Source: Lytechinus pictus (lineage: Eukaryota). Taken from it: a DNA stretch of 64,000 nt. The stretch lies in assembly GCF_037042905.1 (NCBI RefSeq), contig NC_087251.1, positions 44,146,001 through 44,210,000 of the forward strand, given 5' to 3'. Position numbers and translations under genes: made by a program. Each line of letters opens with the position of its first letter. Within the stretch, counting starts at the first letter, position 1. Below are positions 61,001 through 64,000 of the stretch, piece by piece. The notes beneath the pieces are model-generated. The model made no database searches and had not been told where the DNA came from. It was given only the letters and a program-made list of their open reading frames with translations.

Positions 61001-62206
61001 TAATAATAATTATAACAATAATAATAATATTAATATTGATAAATATAAAATATAGACATAAAAAGTTGCTTTATTATACCAATAAACGCAAGTTGCGTTG
61101 CCGATGGCTTTAAAACACGATATTTTTTATTTAGTGTCGAAAAAAGGAGAAGGGATGGGCTAAATTCGGAGGGCTCCCGTGGGCGTAGGCTGAAATAAAC
61201 ACAAAAACTTTCTTCAGGAAACATGTTGACTGGTGTCTCATACATCTTTCTTTTCCAAGTCGATAATACAAGTCAAACTGGTTTTGTAAAGTAGCGGGAA
61301 TACCGGAGGAATGCAGTTTTGCCACTTCGGGGTCTCCAAAAGATATATATTTCAATAAAGTTAAAATATGGATTGAGGTGGGGTACATTCGTCATGATTC
61401 ATGGTCCAGAGCTTCATTAAAGCAGTAACCTGCAAAGCAATGTCTCCTGTTAATTTTCCAAGGGGAACAGATTAGAAACAAATAAAACAAATGGTGATAC
61501 CGAAATGCATTTTGCCCGTATATATCATAGATTACGGTGTGGCAGACACACCCAACAAAAGCGATACGAGAAGCCAATGGAAGCTATTGTGTTGGGATTG
61601 TGTTATCTCGAATGACATACCATTGATCGCTTTATTGTCGGATTCGTGAGTGTGACTGTGACATAGAGGTTGCTTTGGTCTCGTTTTAGCGCAATATCAC
61701 GTCATACATTTTGACATATTTGCCCTCTTTCTAAGCAAATTATGACACCAATACTGTCATGAAGCATATCGATGTTTTCGCTAATATATTCTCTTTCATG
61801 TAGAATGTTGACATTGTGTATTAATTGTTGTTATTTATAAAACAGTTGAGGATTCATGAAAAAATACTCTGTTTTGAATTATAATTTGCCTAATTTATGC
61901 AAATTAGGTAATAATAAACAAGGATATCTCAATCATTTTATGACAAATTTTGTTCCCTTTTTTACCCTAAGTCTTTACTTCCAATTTTAGGGCAGTTCTG
62001 GTTAAATGTATATTCTTAAATACTTGTTTTCACTATATCGACATAATATGCAAATTTATGCAAATTACTTGCTTATTTGCATAGATACAGCGTGTCTCTT
62101 TGGATGAATCTTTTTCTTTTGACTCAAGGAACATTTGTGCCAAGTGGGACATTTGTACTAAAAAATGCAGCGTTCACCCCTTTTTTTGCAGTTAACAAGT
62201 CTACTA
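58077..62206. mobile_element. 4.1-kb non-coding foldback (palindromic) element, Academ-like termini
   Basis: tgg|TAGTAGACTTGTTAA ... TTAACAAGTCTACTA|tgg; arms about 58077-60130 and 60183-62206 are reverse complements along their whole length, spacer about 50 nt. Confidence 0.92.
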
Positions 62207-62843
62207 TGGCCCCTAAGATGAAACCAATAGCCCTTCCAAGAAAAACATATACCTAATTTCTCAATTTTAATACATTAGAGAGGTCATGATAGAAGGGTAA
62301 AAAACTTTTAGGAACAGTGACATATTTATGAGTTTCATAATGTAATTGTCAATATATTTTTTTCTTTTTTTCATGCTAGTATTGGATTCATACGAATTGC
62401 TTGGACGAAGGAAATCAGTTTTCCGTTACTGATTTTATTGCTCCCACTCTGAAGTCCATTTAGAACTTTGATTTATCAATTAATTAGTAGGAATTGGAAT
62501 GGCATCAGTTTAAATTCTAATTTTCCAAGAGTAATTGTTGATGTAGAAACATTGATATAGTGAAAGATGTGTATGTTATGACTGAACATATATATGTTTG
62601 TATGTAGAATTGCAAATATGAATGTGCATGGATCATATATGTGCTAGTATGGTAAATGTAGTCTCGTGCTGCCAAAATATTGTATTGTAGCAGTTTAACA
62701 AAGAGGAAAATTAAAAGAGAAATATGGCTGTATCAAACTAAAATGATCTTGTTGTGATTTATTCTTTTGTGTGAATTATATTGGGCAGTGTAATTAGGTT
62801 TGCTGTATTTGCTTTGATGAATTCAAAGGAATAATTAGATTAA

Positions 62844-63236
62844 AGCTAAATGAAAGTAGTTGCAGTAAAACACTGATTTCGTGAGATATTCTGTAAAACC
62901 AAGGTTAAGTATTACTATATCATCGTGGATCTAGATCTGGTACAGTTACATAAATTGAACTTTGTGAAATCATAAAATCCAAGCTAAAAAACGATCACAT
63001 TGGAGATCGCCAACACAGATAGGCACACGTGGGATAGTGTATATTATTATTGCTGGAATAAAGACCAGACGGAAGTGCCCGAATCCGCGCTTATTTTGCT
63101 ATTTCTCAGCAATTACACAATTTCTTCCAGAATCCTTTGGCACCTATTTTTTATTCATACAAACAGACACTTGGGTGGTCATATTGAATTCTGTCAAAAG
63201 TCATTTTGATATCGTTACCACAACTGGCATTTATCT
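62844..63236. mobile_element. TTAA-flanked non-autonomous element (Kolobok-like)
   Basis: ttaa|agctaaatg..agttg ... caactggcatttatct|ttaa. Confidence 0.65.
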
Positions 63237-63604
63237 TTAAAATGCAAACTTTTCTCTATTTTAGAATGAAGTACTGGGACCAGTAAATACATTGTTATCC
63301 AAGACCATCTTTAAATTGACACTTCTGAAAATCATGTTGTGTTTGAATATGGAGTTGTATTCATATGCATGGTAGAATTACATATTTTAGTTTCCAAATC
63401 CCAAAGGTTGCTGAAATTCTCAAAAGAGAGGTAGTGGGGTGATTTTTCTTTTCTCATTTTTTTGATGATTTACATTTACCAAGTTTAATGGTTAAATTGA
63501 TGAACCTTGTATATGAAACAGATTCAAAGGGGCTGTGTGGGGGGGGGGGGGGACCAAAGGAACTTCTGGCAAAAGTAGTAACTGACAATATTGATGACAA
63601 ATAG

Positions 63605-63775
63605 GATGAGAATGATGATGGTTATAATGATGAAGTGGTAATGGTGATAATGGTTTTGATGATGGTGGTGGTGATGGTGATTGTGATGATGAATCAGTGG
63701 TCATGATGATGATGGTGGTGACCCGGGGTGGTGATAACGATTGATGATGGGGATAATGATGATTACTGTGATTGA
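63605..63775 (+). repeat. (GAT/GGT)n degenerate microsatellite
   Basis: Seen directly. Confidence 0.85.
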
Positions 63776-64000
63776 TAAAAATAAAACAGGTTATGTATAT
63801 ACAGTTCATATTTGATCAATATCAAATCTAGGCAGTGATCGGCCTTGAATAAAACGTTAAAAAAGGATGATGAAAAACGACCAAATGGCTGAAAAGCTTA
63901 TAAAAACCAATGAAAGGTTGTAATAATACTGGGATCCAAACTAACTTGCTGGTCACTATTCAAAGGCCAAAAGCAACCATAACTTCATTTAAAGACGAAC

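Noticed and set aside
58743..61577. Short ORFs inside the giant palindrome as transposase remnants
   Set aside because: No recognisable motifs, and the mirrored ORFs differ by frameshifting indels between the arms.

Overview
This is eukaryotic, AT-rich, intron-rich animal DNA. The repeat content looks like an echinoid (sea urchin) genome, which is an inference and not a database result. One + strand gene dominates the window: the 3' part of an RRBP1 (p180)/kinectin-family ER coiled-coil gene. I reconstructed 21 GT-AG coding exons from 3243 to the stop at 51676; all intron phases are compatible, giving 2927 nt or about 974 aa that end in DGTGV*. The N-terminal transmembrane and Lys-rich part lies upstream of the window. 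The introns hold a 5'-truncated, frameshifted L2-clade LINE nested in a TTAA-flanked MITE, tRNA-derived SINEs, many palindromic MITEs (Kolobok-, Harbinger-, hAT- and Academ-like) and four copies of a HINE-like element with internal 163/191-bp tandem repeats. The strongest observations are: (1) a 4.1-kb non-coding palindrome with TAG...CTA ends and a TGG target duplication downstream of the gene; (2) a 345-nt symmetric exon that is a circularly permuted duplicate of the conserved motif split across its two neighbouring exons; (3) dense nuclear-receptor-element-like cassettes (DR1+DR4+IR1) amplified by the tandem-repeat element; (4) a decayed exon duplicate with an intact acceptor and an in-frame stop; (5) a 6-kb intronic block with CpG-rich, promoter-like ends. 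I found no prokaryotic-type systems, CRISPR arrays or true RNA genes.
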